A stretch of DNA of 64,000 bases from a virus (IMGVR_UViG_3300031760_000028:1-64000); one strand, 5' to 3'. Positions 7,278 through 16,394 are shown, counted from the first letter of the stretch. Notes: generated from the sequence alone by a model not told the origin. Program-made: numbers and translations.

Positions 7278-9603
7278 TGTAGAATTAAGTCAAGAATTAT
7301 TTCAAAATTTTATAGATTATGCGGTATCAGTTAATTCTGATAGAGCTATTCCAGATGCTAAATCTGGTCTTAAGCCTGTTGCACGACGTATAATATATGG
7401 AGCATTTGATACTGGCAGAACATCAAATAAACCTCATGTAAAATGCGCACGTATTGTAGGTGATGTAATGGGAAATTTACATCCGCATGGCGATAGCTCA
7501 ATTTATGGAGCATTAGTAAGATTATCTCAAGATTGGGTTATGCGTTATCCATTATTAGATTTTCACGGTAATAATGGAAGTATAACAGGTGATGAAGCTG
7601 CTGCATATCGTTATACCGAAGCTAGATTAAGTAAAATTACTGAAGACGGTTTACTTCAAGGAATAAAAAAGAATAATGTAGATTTTATCCCAACTTACGA
7701 TGAAACAAGTGAAGAGCCAGTAACACTTCCAGCCATCTTTCCTAATCTTCTTTGTAATCCAAACGAAGGTATAGGCGTGGCTATGGCTTGTAAATGGGCC
7801 CCGCATAATCTTAATGAAGTAGCTGCCGCAATATTAGATTACCTTGAAGGTAAGGAGCCTATGTTGCCAGGTCCTGATTTTCCAACAGGTGGAATCGTAA
7901 TAAATAAAAATGACATTCCTAATATAATGAAAACTGGTCATGGCTCAGTTAAAATTAGGGGTAAATATAAAGTAGAAAAGAATAATATTATATTTTATGA
8001 AATTCCGTATGGTCAAACAATAGAAGGATTAGTTGCAGAAATTGGTCAGGCAGCGGAAGATGGTAAACTTGATAATATTAATGATATAAGAGATGAAACA
8101 AATAAAAAAGGAATTAGAATAGTAATAGAGTGTGCGCGCGGTGCTAATCCAGATGCGATAGCAAATAAGATTTATGCTCATACAAATATGCAGAGTTCAT
8201 TCTCTTATAATATGGTAGGTCTTGTAGGTAAGACACCAACCGAATTAAATCTTAAAGACTGTATTAAGATTTATGTAGACCATAATATTGAGTGTATTGT
8301 GCGAGAAGCAAAATTTGATAGAAATAAAGCACTTGCAAGACTTGAAATAGTTGAAGGATTACTTATAGCATTAGCAGATATTGATAATATTATAGCTATG
8401 ATTAAGAAATCTGAAAGTGCGGCTGCCGCAAAAGAAGCTCTTATAAAGAAATATGGATTTACAGATAATCAAGTAACAGCTATTCTTAATATGAAACTTT
8501 CTTCTCTTGCTAAATTGGAAGGTGTAAAACTTGAAAATGAAAAAGAAGATTTGAAGAAAAATATTGAGAGACTTGAATATCTTATTATAGATAAATTAAC
8601 ACAAATAAAAGAACTTCATAATAGACTAGATGAAATTGTTAGAAAGTATGGTGATGCGCGTAGGACAGAGCTTGCGCAGATCGAAGAGCCAAAAGAAGAG
8701 AAAGAAATAGCTTTAGTTGAACCTGAAGATGTAGTAGTTATATGCACTCAAACAGGAGATATTAAGAGAGTTCCTAAAACTTCATTTAAGGTACAAAAGA
8801 GAAATGGTAAAGGTATAAAGACACAAGATGATGCAATATTATCATCTATATCAACTAATACTATTGATACATTACTTATCTTCACTTCAGAAGGTAGAAT
8901 GTTTAGAATGTTAGTAGATAATGTACCTGCGGGAACCAATGCTTCACGCGGAACTAACCTTGCGACTCTACTTAAACTTAATCCGAATGAAAAGATTATG
9001 TATGTAACTTCTCAGTTTAGAGAAACAGATGCAAAGTATGTTGTATTCTTTACTAAGAATGGTTTAATTAAAAAAACTCAGCTTGATGAGTTTAAGGCGA
9101 CAAAGAAGACAACTGGTATTCAAGCAATTAAGTTTAAAGAAGGTGACTCTCTTGCTAATGTAACTTTACTTAATGATGAAGATGTAATAGTTATAACTAA
9201 GGAGGGCATGAGTATTAAATTTGGAACTAAAGATATTGTTCCTATTGGTAGAATTGCTGCGGGAGTTAAGGCTATTAAATTAAAGGAAGGTGACGAAGTT
9301 CTTGTTGGATTACCCATCTCTAAACGAAATGATAATGATCTTGGCATTTTTACCACATCTGGACTTGGAAAGCGAATTAAAACCTCTGAAATTCCAACCC
9401 AAAATAGAGGTGGAGTCGGAGTCATTATTTCAGAAACCACGGTGGCTGGAGCTGCCCTTATCGACGACAGTGATAGCTTGCTTATCATCGGAAGACCAAA
9501 CTCTATCTGTATAGAAGCTAAGGATATAAGCATCATGGGACGCACCGCCGCAGGTGTTCAAGTAGTAAATGGTAGTAAAATTGAAAGGGTAATTAAATTA
9601 TGA
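7270..9603 (+). CDS. gyrA: Type IIA topoisomerase A subunit with beta-pinwheel CTD (GyrA-like)
   Basis: DGLKPVxRR-like SGLKPVARR, HPHGDSS, AAAYRYTEARL with catalytic Tyr; CTD repeats; GyrA-box-like QKRNGKG. Confidence 0.93.
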   Translation: MNSVELSQELFQNFIDYAVSVNSDRAIPDAKSGLKPVARRIIYGAFDTGRTSNKPHVKCARIVGDVMGNLHPHGDSSIYGALVRLSQDWVMRYPLLDFHGNNGSITGDEAAAYRYTEARLSKITEDGLLQGIKKNNVDFIPTYDETSEEPVTLPAIFPNLLCNPNEGIGVAMACKWAPHNLNEVAAAILDYLEGKEPMLPGPDFPTGGIVINKNDIPNIMKTGHGSVKIRGKYKVEKNNIIFYEIPYGQTIEGLVAEIGQAAEDGKLDNINDIRDETNKKGIRIVIECARGANPDAIANKIYAHTNMQSSFSYNMVGLVGKTPTELNLKDCIKIYVDHNIECIVREAKFDRNKALARLEIVEGLLIALADIDNIIAMIKKSESAAAAKEALIKKYGFTDNQVTAILNMKLSSLAKLEGVKLENEKEDLKKNIERLEYLIIDKLTQIKELHNRLDEIVRKYGDARRTELAQIEEPKEEKEIALVEPEDVVVICTQTGDIKRVPKTSFKVQKRNGKGIKTQDDAILSSISTNTIDTLLIFTSEGRMFRMLVDNVPAGTNASRGTNLATLLKLNPNEKIMYVTSQFRETDAKYVVFFTKNGLIKKTQLDEFKATKKTTGIQAIKFKEGDSLANVTLLNDEDVIVITKEGMSIKFGTKDIVPIGRIAAGVKAIKLKEGDEVLVGLPISKRNDNDLGIFTTSGLGKRIKTSEIPTQNRGGVGVIISETTVAGAALIDDSDSLLIIGRPNSICIEAKDISIMGRTAAGVQVVNGSKIERVIKL

Positions 9604-9770
9604 TTTTAGGAGATTTCACAGATTTAGAACTTAAAACAATAATTAATGATGAACCCGCAATTATCAAAATACCAAATGGACATTTTAATATAAATATTTT
9701 CATAGAAGATGGTCATAGAGAAATTGTTTGTACGATGACAGCAATAGATGATATAGAGGAGGAGCATTAG
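9600..9770 (+). CDS. Small hypothetical protein (56 aa), absent from ORF track
   Basis: ATGA overlap with gyrA stop; MILGDFTDLELKTIINDEPAIIKIPNGHFNINIFIEDGHREIVCTMTAIDDIEEEH*; ends inside a terminator. Confidence 0.65.
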   Translation: MILGDFTDLELKTIINDEPAIIKIPNGHFNINIFIEDGHREIVCTMTAIDDIEEEH

Positions 9771-9786
9771 CTCCTCTTTATTTTTA
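9759..9786 (+). terminator. Intrinsic terminator of topoisomerase operon
   Basis: GAGGAGC-ATTA-GCTCCTC followed by TTTATTTTTT. Confidence 0.75.
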
Positions 9787-9798
9787 AAGGAGGCTATT

Positions 9799-10575
9799 AT
9801 GCTATATGGAGCGATAATTGGTGACATTTCAGGTAGTAGATATGAATTTAATAACATTAAATATAAACCAAAATATATAATGGATGAAAAATGCTTTTTT
9901 ACAGATGATACAGTAATGACAGTAGCTATTGCTGATGCATTACTTTCATATCCTTATCAATTTGAAAATAAAATGAAAAAGTGGGGCAATTTATATCCCA
10001 ATGCTGGATATGGAGCAACATTCTTTGCTTGGCTAAGAGAAATCATTAAAGAGCCTTATAATAGTTTCGGTAATGGTTCCGCTATGAGAGTGTCTCCTGT
10101 TGCATATGTCGGTAAAGATTTAAAAGAAGTACAAGAATTAGCTAAATTAACAGCAGTTCCAACACACAATCATCCAGAAGGTATTAAGGGTGCTGTTGCT
10201 ACTGCATCTGCTATATATTTAGCAAAAGAAGGCTATTCAAAAGACTATATTAAACAATATATTATTGACTATGCAGATTATAAAATAGAATCGTGTGATA
10301 GTATAAGATTAAATTATAGTTTTGATGAAACCTGTCAAGGAACTGTTCCTCAAGCTATTTCCGCATTTTTAGAGTCAAACAGCTTTTCAAATTGTATTAG
10401 ATTAGCTATATCATTAGGCGGTGATTCAGATACTCTTGCTGCAATAGCAGGTTCAATAGCAGAAGCCTTTTATGGTGTGCCAGAAGTCTTTAAAAAAAGA
10501 TGTAGATATTTATTACCTAATGATATGTTATCTATTATAGATTCATTTGAAAATGCATCTCCTTGTTTTTTTTAA
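9799..10575 (+). CDS. ADP-ribosylglycohydrolase (DraG/ARH family)
   Basis: GAIIGDISGS, FTDDT, GNGSAMRVSP, THNHPEG, GGDSDTLAAIAG motifs. Confidence 0.92.
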   Translation: MLYGAIIGDISGSRYEFNNIKYKPKYIMDEKCFFTDDTVMTVAIADALLSYPYQFENKMKKWGNLYPNAGYGATFFAWLREIIKEPYNSFGNGSAMRVSPVAYVGKDLKEVQELAKLTAVPTHNHPEGIKGAVATASAIYLAKEGYSKDYIKQYIIDYADYKIESCDSIRLNYSFDETCQGTVPQAISAFLESNSFSNCIRLAISLGGDSDTLAAIAGSIAEAFYGVPEVFKKRCRYLLPNDMLSIIDSFENASPCFF

Positions 10576-10591
10576 AAATTTTTGCTATAAT
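10563..10591 (+). promoter_or_regulatory. sigmaA-type promoter
   Basis: TTGTTT-17-TATAAT with extended TG. Confidence 0.65.
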
Positions 10592-10624
10592 ATTTATAGA
10601 AAATAAATGAAAGAAGGGATAAAT

Positions 10625-10825
10625 ATGACGGTAAAAGAATTAAAGAATTTAATAAATAATATTGATAGTAAATATGATAATGAAGAAGTTTTAACAGATA
10701 ATAAAGATTATAATGAATATTGTTTAGGAAGTCCAGTAATAAAACTAACTGCATTAGATATGGGGCATACCGATTGTTTTAATAATAATAAAGGTGGATT
10801 TTATATTGAATTAATGACAGATTGA
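10625..10825 (+). CDS. Hypothetical protein (MTVKELK...)
   Basis: AAGGGA RBS favours ATG 10625 over 10607. Confidence 0.7.
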   Translation: MTVKELKNLINNIDSKYDNEEVLTDNKDYNEYCLGSPVIKLTALDMGHTDCFNNNKGGFYIELMTD

Positions 10826-10835
10826 GGTGATAAAT

Positions 10836-11006
10836 ATGAATGAAATAATAGATGAACTTTATGAGCTATATAAACAAAAAGTTGAAGAAGCAACTGATAT
10901 GTTTAAAAGTGAATGGTCATGTTCTCAAAAAGACGATGAAGAAAGAGATAAAGAAGATAATGAAGATTTAAAATATTTTAATTCTTTATTAAAAAAAATT
11001 GAGTGA
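10836..11006 (+). CDS. Small acidic hypothetical protein (56 aa), absent from ORF track
   Basis: GAGGTG RBS; MNEIIDELYELYKQKVEEATDMFKSEWSCSQKDDEERDKEDNEDLKYFNSLLKKIE*. Confidence 0.7.
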   Translation: MNEIIDELYELYKQKVEEATDMFKSEWSCSQKDDEERDKEDNEDLKYFNSLLKKIE

Positions 11007-11047
11007 TCATGCACCAATTCATCCACAGCAACAAATAGGAGGATAAT

Positions 11048-13000
11048 ATGATTAGTGCAGAAGATTATTTAGGACATATAAAATGTCTTAATGAATGGAC
11101 AAAAGCATATGATGAAGGTCATCCTATGGTGTCAGATAAAGAATGGGATGATTGGTATTTTGAAGTTGTTGAATATGAAAGAGAGTATCCTAATTGTATT
11201 CAACCAGACTCACCTACTCAAGTTATTCATTTTGAAGAAGTAAGTGAGCTTAAAAAGGTTAAGCATAATCATCCAATGTTATCACTTAATAAAACAAAAG
11301 ATATAGAAGAAGTTAAATCTTTTATAGGTGATAAAGATTATATTGTTATGGCTAAAATGGATGGTTTAACTTGTTCTTTACATTATGAGGGCGGGAAGCT
11401 GGTTTCCGCAGAAACAAGAGGAAATGGTGAAGTTGGAGAAGATATAACTCATAATGCTATAGTAATTCCTTCTATTCCTAAAAGGATACCAATAAAAGAC
11501 TCTTTTACTGTTGATGGAGAGATAATTTGTACTTATGCTAATTTTCATAATTGGTGTAATGATTATAAGAATCCTCGTAATTTTGCGGCAGGCAGCATTA
11601 GACTCCTTAATTCAAAAGAGTGTAAAGAAAGAGATCTTACTTTTGTAGCTTGGGATATTATAGATTCAGACTTTACCTTATTAAGTGATAAACTTGATTA
11701 TTTAGATTGTATAGGTTTTACTGTTGTTCCATATCTTTATAATGATGAGTTAAATAATGATATAGAAAAGTTAATGGAAGCAGTTAAATATAATGCAAAA
11801 ATGAAGTCATATCCAATTGATGGACTTGTTATAAAATACAATCGAACAGATGAATATGAAGCGGCAGGACGTACAGATCATCACTTTAAGGGCGGGCTTG
11901 CATATAAGTTTTATGATGAAGAATATGAAACTGAAGTAGAAAATATTGAATGGACAATGGGACGAACAGGTCAGTTAACCCCTGTTCTAATATATAAAGA
12001 TATTGATATAGATGGTTCAACATGCAATCATGCAAGTCTTCACAATATTAGTATTATGACAAAACTTATGGGTGGAGCATACCCTGGACAGAAAGTTTAT
12101 ATTTATAAGGCAAATCAAATTATACCTCAAGTAAGTTATGCTCAAAATGATAATCCTAATAATATGCCTTTAATACAAATACCTAGTCGATGTCCTTACT
12201 GTGGTGGAGAAGTAGAAATAAGAAAAGATGTAGATAGTGAAGTGTTATATTGTACAAATCCACAGTGTGAAGGTAAACTTATAAATGTACTTGACCATTT
12301 CTGCGGGAAGAAAGGTCTTGATATTAAAGGACTTTCAGAAAAAACGCTTGAAAAACTTATAGATTGGGAATGGGTTAATGATATAACAGATATTCCTAAG
12401 TTAAAAGAGCATCGCGCAGAATGGATTAATAAGCCAGGTTTTGGTCAGGCATCAGTAGATAAAATACTTAAAGCTATTGATGATAGACTTGCGGAAGCCC
12501 CTCTTCATGCCTTTATATCAGGTTTAGGTATTCCACTTATCGGTTCCCGCGTATCAAAGCAAATTTGTGAAAAAGTAGAAACATGGAGAGATTTTAGGGA
12601 TTTAATTCATGAAGAGTACGACTTCACGCAATGGGCAGGATTTGGTTACGAAATGAATAAAGCTTTACATAATTATAATTATGAAAAAGCTGATATTATT
12701 GTAGAGTATATTACATTCAAGCCTGAAGAATATCAGGATAAATCTACTAAGTTAGATAATGCAACTTTTGTAATAACAGGAAAACTTCAGAATTTTAAAA
12801 ATAGACAAGAGTTAGTAGATTTAATAGAAGCGGTTGGTGGCAAAGTGCAATCAAGCGTTTCTACAAAAACTATGTATCTTATCAATAATGATGTAAATTC
12901 TACATCTAGTAAGAATAAAAAAGCTAAAGAATTAAATATACCAATTATTACAGAAAAAGAATTAATGGAGATGCTAAATGATAAGAATATGGAGAACTGA
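11048..13000 (+). CDS. ligA: NAD-dependent DNA ligase
   Basis: KMDG adenylation motif, ETRGNG, NPRNFAAGS, CPYC/CTNPQC Zn finger, C-terminal BRCT (FVITG...GGKV). Confidence 0.95.
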   Translation: MISAEDYLGHIKCLNEWTKAYDEGHPMVSDKEWDDWYFEVVEYEREYPNCIQPDSPTQVIHFEEVSELKKVKHNHPMLSLNKTKDIEEVKSFIGDKDYIVMAKMDGLTCSLHYEGGKLVSAETRGNGEVGEDITHNAIVIPSIPKRIPIKDSFTVDGEIICTYANFHNWCNDYKNPRNFAAGSIRLLNSKECKERDLTFVAWDIIDSDFTLLSDKLDYLDCIGFTVVPYLYNDELNNDIEKLMEAVKYNAKMKSYPIDGLVIKYNRTDEYEAAGRTDHHFKGGLAYKFYDEEYETEVENIEWTMGRTGQLTPVLIYKDIDIDGSTCNHASLHNISIMTKLMGGAYPGQKVYIYKANQIIPQVSYAQNDNPNNMPLIQIPSRCPYCGGEVEIRKDVDSEVLYCTNPQCEGKLINVLDHFCGKKGLDIKGLSEKTLEKLIDWEWVNDITDIPKLKEHRAEWINKPGFGQASVDKILKAIDDRLAEAPLHAFISGLGIPLIGSRVSKQICEKVETWRDFRDLIHEEYDFTQWAGFGYEMNKALHNYNYEKADIIVEYITFKPEEYQDKSTKLDNATFVITGKLQNFKNRQELVDLIEAVGGKVQSSVSTKTMYLINNDVNSTSSKNKKAKELNIPIITEKELMEMLNDKNMEN

Positions 13001-13217
13001 TTTAGCAAATTGCCCTTTAAATAAAAGGATACATTTTCTTTGTCAAATGGGAAACTGTGTATATGAAATTATTGGAACTTTAACTTTAAACCCGTATCGA
13101 AGAGAAATTACAAGAGGAGAATGTATAGAGGGTGATGGAGAAATTTTTTATAGAAGCCAAATATTAGGGTGGGCGTCTTATGTAACACCGGAGGAGGCTA
13201 AATGTTTATATGAATAG
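12978..13217 (+). CDS. Hypothetical protein (79 aa)
   Basis: GGAG RBS; overlapping operon arrangement. Confidence 0.7.
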   Translation: MIRIWRTDLANCPLNKRIHFLCQMGNCVYEIIGTLTLNPYRREITRGECIEGDGEIFYRSQILGWASYVTPEEAKCLYE

Positions 13218-13422
13218 AGAAATGCGAAGAAAAATTAATAAACGACTAAAATTAAAGGCAGAACAAATTTGGACATTAGAAACACAAATTAATAATACTA
13301 TAAACGAGAGAGAAAAGGGGGCCCTCACGCAGGAAATAAATCAAATTGTTAAAGATTGTTCCTATGAAGATCTTCTATTGATAGATGAGTTTTTAGTCTC
13401 TCTCCACGGAATGATGAGTTGA
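13210..13422 (+). CDS. Hypothetical protein (70 aa)
   Basis: GGAGG RBS; MNREMRRK-type start seen in phage ORFs. Confidence 0.7.
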   Translation: MNREMRRKINKRLKLKAEQIWTLETQINNTINEREKGALTQEINQIVKDCSYEDLLLIDEFLVSLHGMMS

Positions 13423-13602
13423 AATATCTGAAAATTTTTGATATAATATATACATAATAAAGCATAAAATAAACAAAGAAAAAATTTGAAATATCTGAAA
13501 AATTTTGATATAATATATGTATAATAAAAAAGATATAAAAAAATAAATAAAGAAAAAAATTTGAAATATCTGAAAAATTTTGATATAATATATGTATAAT
13601 AA
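13419..13602 (+). repeat. Three tandem copies of a promoter unit (period 67 and 75 bp)
   Basis: TTGAAATATCTGAAAA(A/T)TTTTGATATAATATAT(A/G)(C/T)ATAATAAA at 13419, 13486 and 13561; each is TTGAAA-17-TATAAT with extended TG and A-tracts upstream. Confidence 0.92.
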
Positions 13603-13671
13603 AGATGTTGTACAAATGCAATGTCTTATTAATAAATAAAAAATTTTTAATATATAAAAGGAGAAAGTTCA

Positions 13672-14010
13672 ATGAAAGAGAACACAAAGATCGTATTTAA
13701 TTACATTAAGGAACATGAGGCAGATAATATTACAGCATCTGACATCGCAGAGAAGACAGGTCTTCCAGTTAAGTCAGTTAACGGAATCATCACAAGTGCG
13801 CTGATTGGAACAGGTAAGGCTAAGGAGTCTAAGGGTTATGTACAGAGAGTTGCAGGTTATGTAACATCTGTAAATGATGAGGGTGTAGAGCTTACAAAGG
13901 AAGCTAAGTTTATTAAGCTTACAGAGAGAGGTCAGGCTGCAACAGTAGAGTCTATCGAAGCAGATGAAATGGCTGCTCTTCAGGCTAAGCTTGCTGCAAA
14001 GAATGCGTAA
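13672..14010 (+). CDS. Putative winged-helix DNA-binding protein, probably highly expressed
   Basis: ITASDIAEKTGLPVKSVNGIITS helix-turn-helix then a beta-wing; strong AAG/GAG/CTT/GGT codon bias. Confidence 0.7.
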   Translation: MKENTKIVFNYIKEHEADNITASDIAEKTGLPVKSVNGIITSALIGTGKAKESKGYVQRVAGYVTSVNDEGVELTKEAKFIKLTERGQAATVESIEADEMAALQAKLAAKNA

Positions 14011-14028
14011 ATTAAAGTTTTTATATTA

Positions 14029-14070
14029 GATAAATAGGGCTGGTTAATCAACACCAGTCCTTTATCTTTA
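14029..14070 (+). terminator. Putative intrinsic terminator
   Basis: GATAAA(T)AGGGCTGGT ... ACCAGTCCTTTATC followed by TTTA. Confidence 0.6.
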
Positions 14071-14084
14071 TTAAAAGGAAGATT

Positions 14085-15038
14085 ATGATAATTGCATTAA
14101 TTATACTCATTATAATATGCGGTTTTCTTATTTATAAATTATCACAAAAGAAAAGCATAGATAAGGGCATTGAAGAATATAATAATACGTTAAAAATAGA
14201 AAGAGCTAAAATTCAAGAAGAGTATAATAATTTATCATATAATATAGAATTACAAAGAAATCAATTTCAAGAAAACCAAAATATTAATAATGAATTAGAA
14301 AATAAAATAAATAATAATAGAATTATTTTACAGAATACAATAGAACAGAATCAGGCAATAAGCGATAATGCGTTTGATAATTATTGGAACGCACTTGAAA
14401 ATAAATATACTGAATTAGAAAATGATTTTGATGTGCGGGTGTCCGCCTTAAACGATGAATTACTCGCGACTCAAAATGACTTAGACAAGCTAAAAGCAAC
14501 ACGAGCGGCCGCCCATGAAGCTTTATTAAAAGAGCAAGAAATAAAAGAAAATAAAGATAATTATAGATTAATAATTCCAGAGATAGAAAAAAGAGATATA
14601 AAAGTTCTTAATTCTATAAAAAAAGAACTAATTAGTGAAAGACCTGTCAATATGATTGTTTGGCAAACCTACTACTCAAAAAGAGCTAATGAATTATGCT
14701 CAAGGATTTTAGGGACAAAGAACGTTACAGGTATATATAAAATAACTGAAATATCTACAGGAAAATGTTATATTGGACAGTCTAAAAATATTAAAGAAAG
14801 ATTTAGAGAACATATGAAATGTGGACTTGGTATAGATACACCTAGTGGGAATAAATTATATCAAGCTATGTTAAATTCATCTATTGAAGACTTTACTTTT
14901 GAATTAATAGAAGAATGTAATGAAAATGATTTAGATGAAAAAGAACGATATTTTATTGAACTCTATGAGGCTTATGATTATGGATTTAACTCAAATAGAG
15001 GTAATAAAGGAGTAAAAAATTATGGCTTTTATGGATAA
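14085..15038 (+). CDS. Membrane-anchored coiled-coil protein with C-terminal GIY-YIG nuclease domain
   Basis: N-terminal hydrophobic helix IIALIILIIICGFLIY; long coiled coil; TGIYKIT...CYIGQS..ERFREH...EKERYFI...GFN. Confidence 0.85.
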   Translation: MIIALIILIIICGFLIYKLSQKKSIDKGIEEYNNTLKIERAKIQEEYNNLSYNIELQRNQFQENQNINNELENKINNNRIILQNTIEQNQAISDNAFDNYWNALENKYTELENDFDVRVSALNDELLATQNDLDKLKATRAAAHEALLKEQEIKENKDNYRLIIPEIEKRDIKVLNSIKKELISERPVNMIVWQTYYSKRANELCSRILGTKNVTGIYKITEISTGKCYIGQSKNIKERFREHMKCGLGIDTPSGNKLYQAMLNSSIEDFTFELIEECNENDLDEKERYFIELYEAYDYGFNSNRGNKGVKNYGFYG

Positions 15039-15669
15039 CAGAAAAATAACACAAATAACTCCAACGGATTTAATAACTGAATGTTTTAATAATACAGGCG
15101 AGCTAAAAAGTATAGAAGAAGTTTCTGAAAGATGGGACTTTATTAATAGAACGATGATATTAAATGATATAGATGAGGTAGTTGCAGATGCGATTTGTCA
15201 CTTAATCCGTTTTTGGAATGATGTTGATAATAAAGAGCAGATTGCAGTTGAATATCGTATTCCTATTAAAATTTATATTGACTCTTGCGGTGGCAGCTTA
15301 GTTGGAGCACTTACTATAGCGGACTCTGTTAGAATGTCCAAAACACCAGTTTATACAATCAACATCGGAGCTGCATATAGCGGAGGACTCCTTTCATTTA
15401 TTGCCGGGCATAAAAGATTTGCCTATCCTTCAAGTAGTTTCCTTTTTCATGAAGGATCTACTACTCTTGGAAACATAGACGCTGGCAAATTTAAGAATTA
15501 TGCAGGATACTATGAAAATCTCATTAAAAGGATGAAAAATTATCTTATTGAATTAACTAACATTAGTGAAGAACAGTATGAAAAGATTTCAAGAGATGAT
15601 TATTGGTTCTTTGCGGATGAGGCAGTAGAAAATGGTGTCTGTGATGAAATATTAAAGGAGTTTATATAA
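15022..15669 (+). CDS. clpP: ClpP-like serine protease
   Basis: IKIYIDSCGG, AYSGG (catalytic Ser), FLFHEG (His), RDDYWF(FA)DEAVENG. Confidence 0.88.
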   Translation: MAFMDNRKITQITPTDLITECFNNTGELKSIEEVSERWDFINRTMILNDIDEVVADAICHLIRFWNDVDNKEQIAVEYRIPIKIYIDSCGGSLVGALTIADSVRMSKTPVYTINIGAAYSGGLLSFIAGHKRFAYPSSSFLFHEGSTTLGNIDAGKFKNYAGYYENLIKRMKNYLIELTNISEEQYEKISRDDYWFFADEAVENGVCDEILKEFI

Positions 15670-15670
15670 T

Positions 15671-16327
15671 ATGCAATTTTCTAAAGTAGATGTATGGGGT
15701 TTTGAACACGCTATTCGCGGTGCCCGCAACCCCATGAATAGTTGGGCAAAAAGTGATAGCCACCTTTTGGATGATATTTTTATCATTGGAAAAAATGATT
15801 TAAACCTTCTACAGCGTCTTATTGCAGGTGGTCCTGAACATAGAAAATTTATGCGTCAAATTATGGTAAGTGTTGATATTACAGCTCCTATGTACATTTG
15901 GAGCGAATTTGATACTTACAAAGTTGGTACGGTGGCTAATAGCACAAGCAAAATGCATAAACTTGCTTCAACGCCAATTACAAAAGAGTGCTTTGAAATG
16001 GATGATTATGAAGGCAATTTACTAATGTATAAACGTGAACCTTATGATTTAGATACTTTTACTGATGATGTATGGGATAATATTATTAATTATTGTGAGA
16101 CATTAAGAAAAGGTTATCTTGAAACAAAAGATAAAAGATATTGGAAGGAATTAATTCGTATTCTTCCAGAGTCGTGGTTACAAACTCGTACAGTAACTAT
16201 GAATTATGAGAACCTTTATTCTATTGTACGTCAAAGAGGTTCACATAAATTATCAGAATGGCATACATTTATTGATTGGGTAAGAACATTACCGTATGCA
16301 AATGAATTGATTTTTTATGAAAATTGA
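15671..16327 (+). CDS. thyX: Divergent FAD-dependent thymidylate synthase (ThyX-like)
   Basis: GPEHRKFMRQI..ITAP, RILPESWLQTR.VTMNYENL and HKLSEW match the ThyX layout; the canonical RHR motif is not obvious. Confidence 0.7.
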   Translation: MQFSKVDVWGFEHAIRGARNPMNSWAKSDSHLLDDIFIIGKNDLNLLQRLIAGGPEHRKFMRQIMVSVDITAPMYIWSEFDTYKVGTVANSTSKMHKLASTPITKECFEMDDYEGNLLMYKREPYDLDTFTDDVWDNIINYCETLRKGYLETKDKRYWKELIRILPESWLQTRTVTMNYENLYSIVRQRGSHKLSEWHTFIDWVRTLPYANELIFYEN

Positions 16328-16352
16328 CAATTTTTAAAAAATTTGTTATAAT
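16324..16352 (+). promoter_or_regulatory. sigmaA-type promoter
   Basis: TTGACA-17-TATAAT; -35 contains the thyX TGA stop. Confidence 0.88.
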
Positions 16353-16394
16353 TATTATATAAATTGAAAGAAAATAAAAAAAGAGGTAATAATT

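Noticed and set aside
13419-13602. Direct repeats as a mini CRISPR array
   Set aside because: The repeats are exact sigmaA promoter consensus, the spacers are similar poly-A tracts rather than unique sequences, and no cas genes are present.
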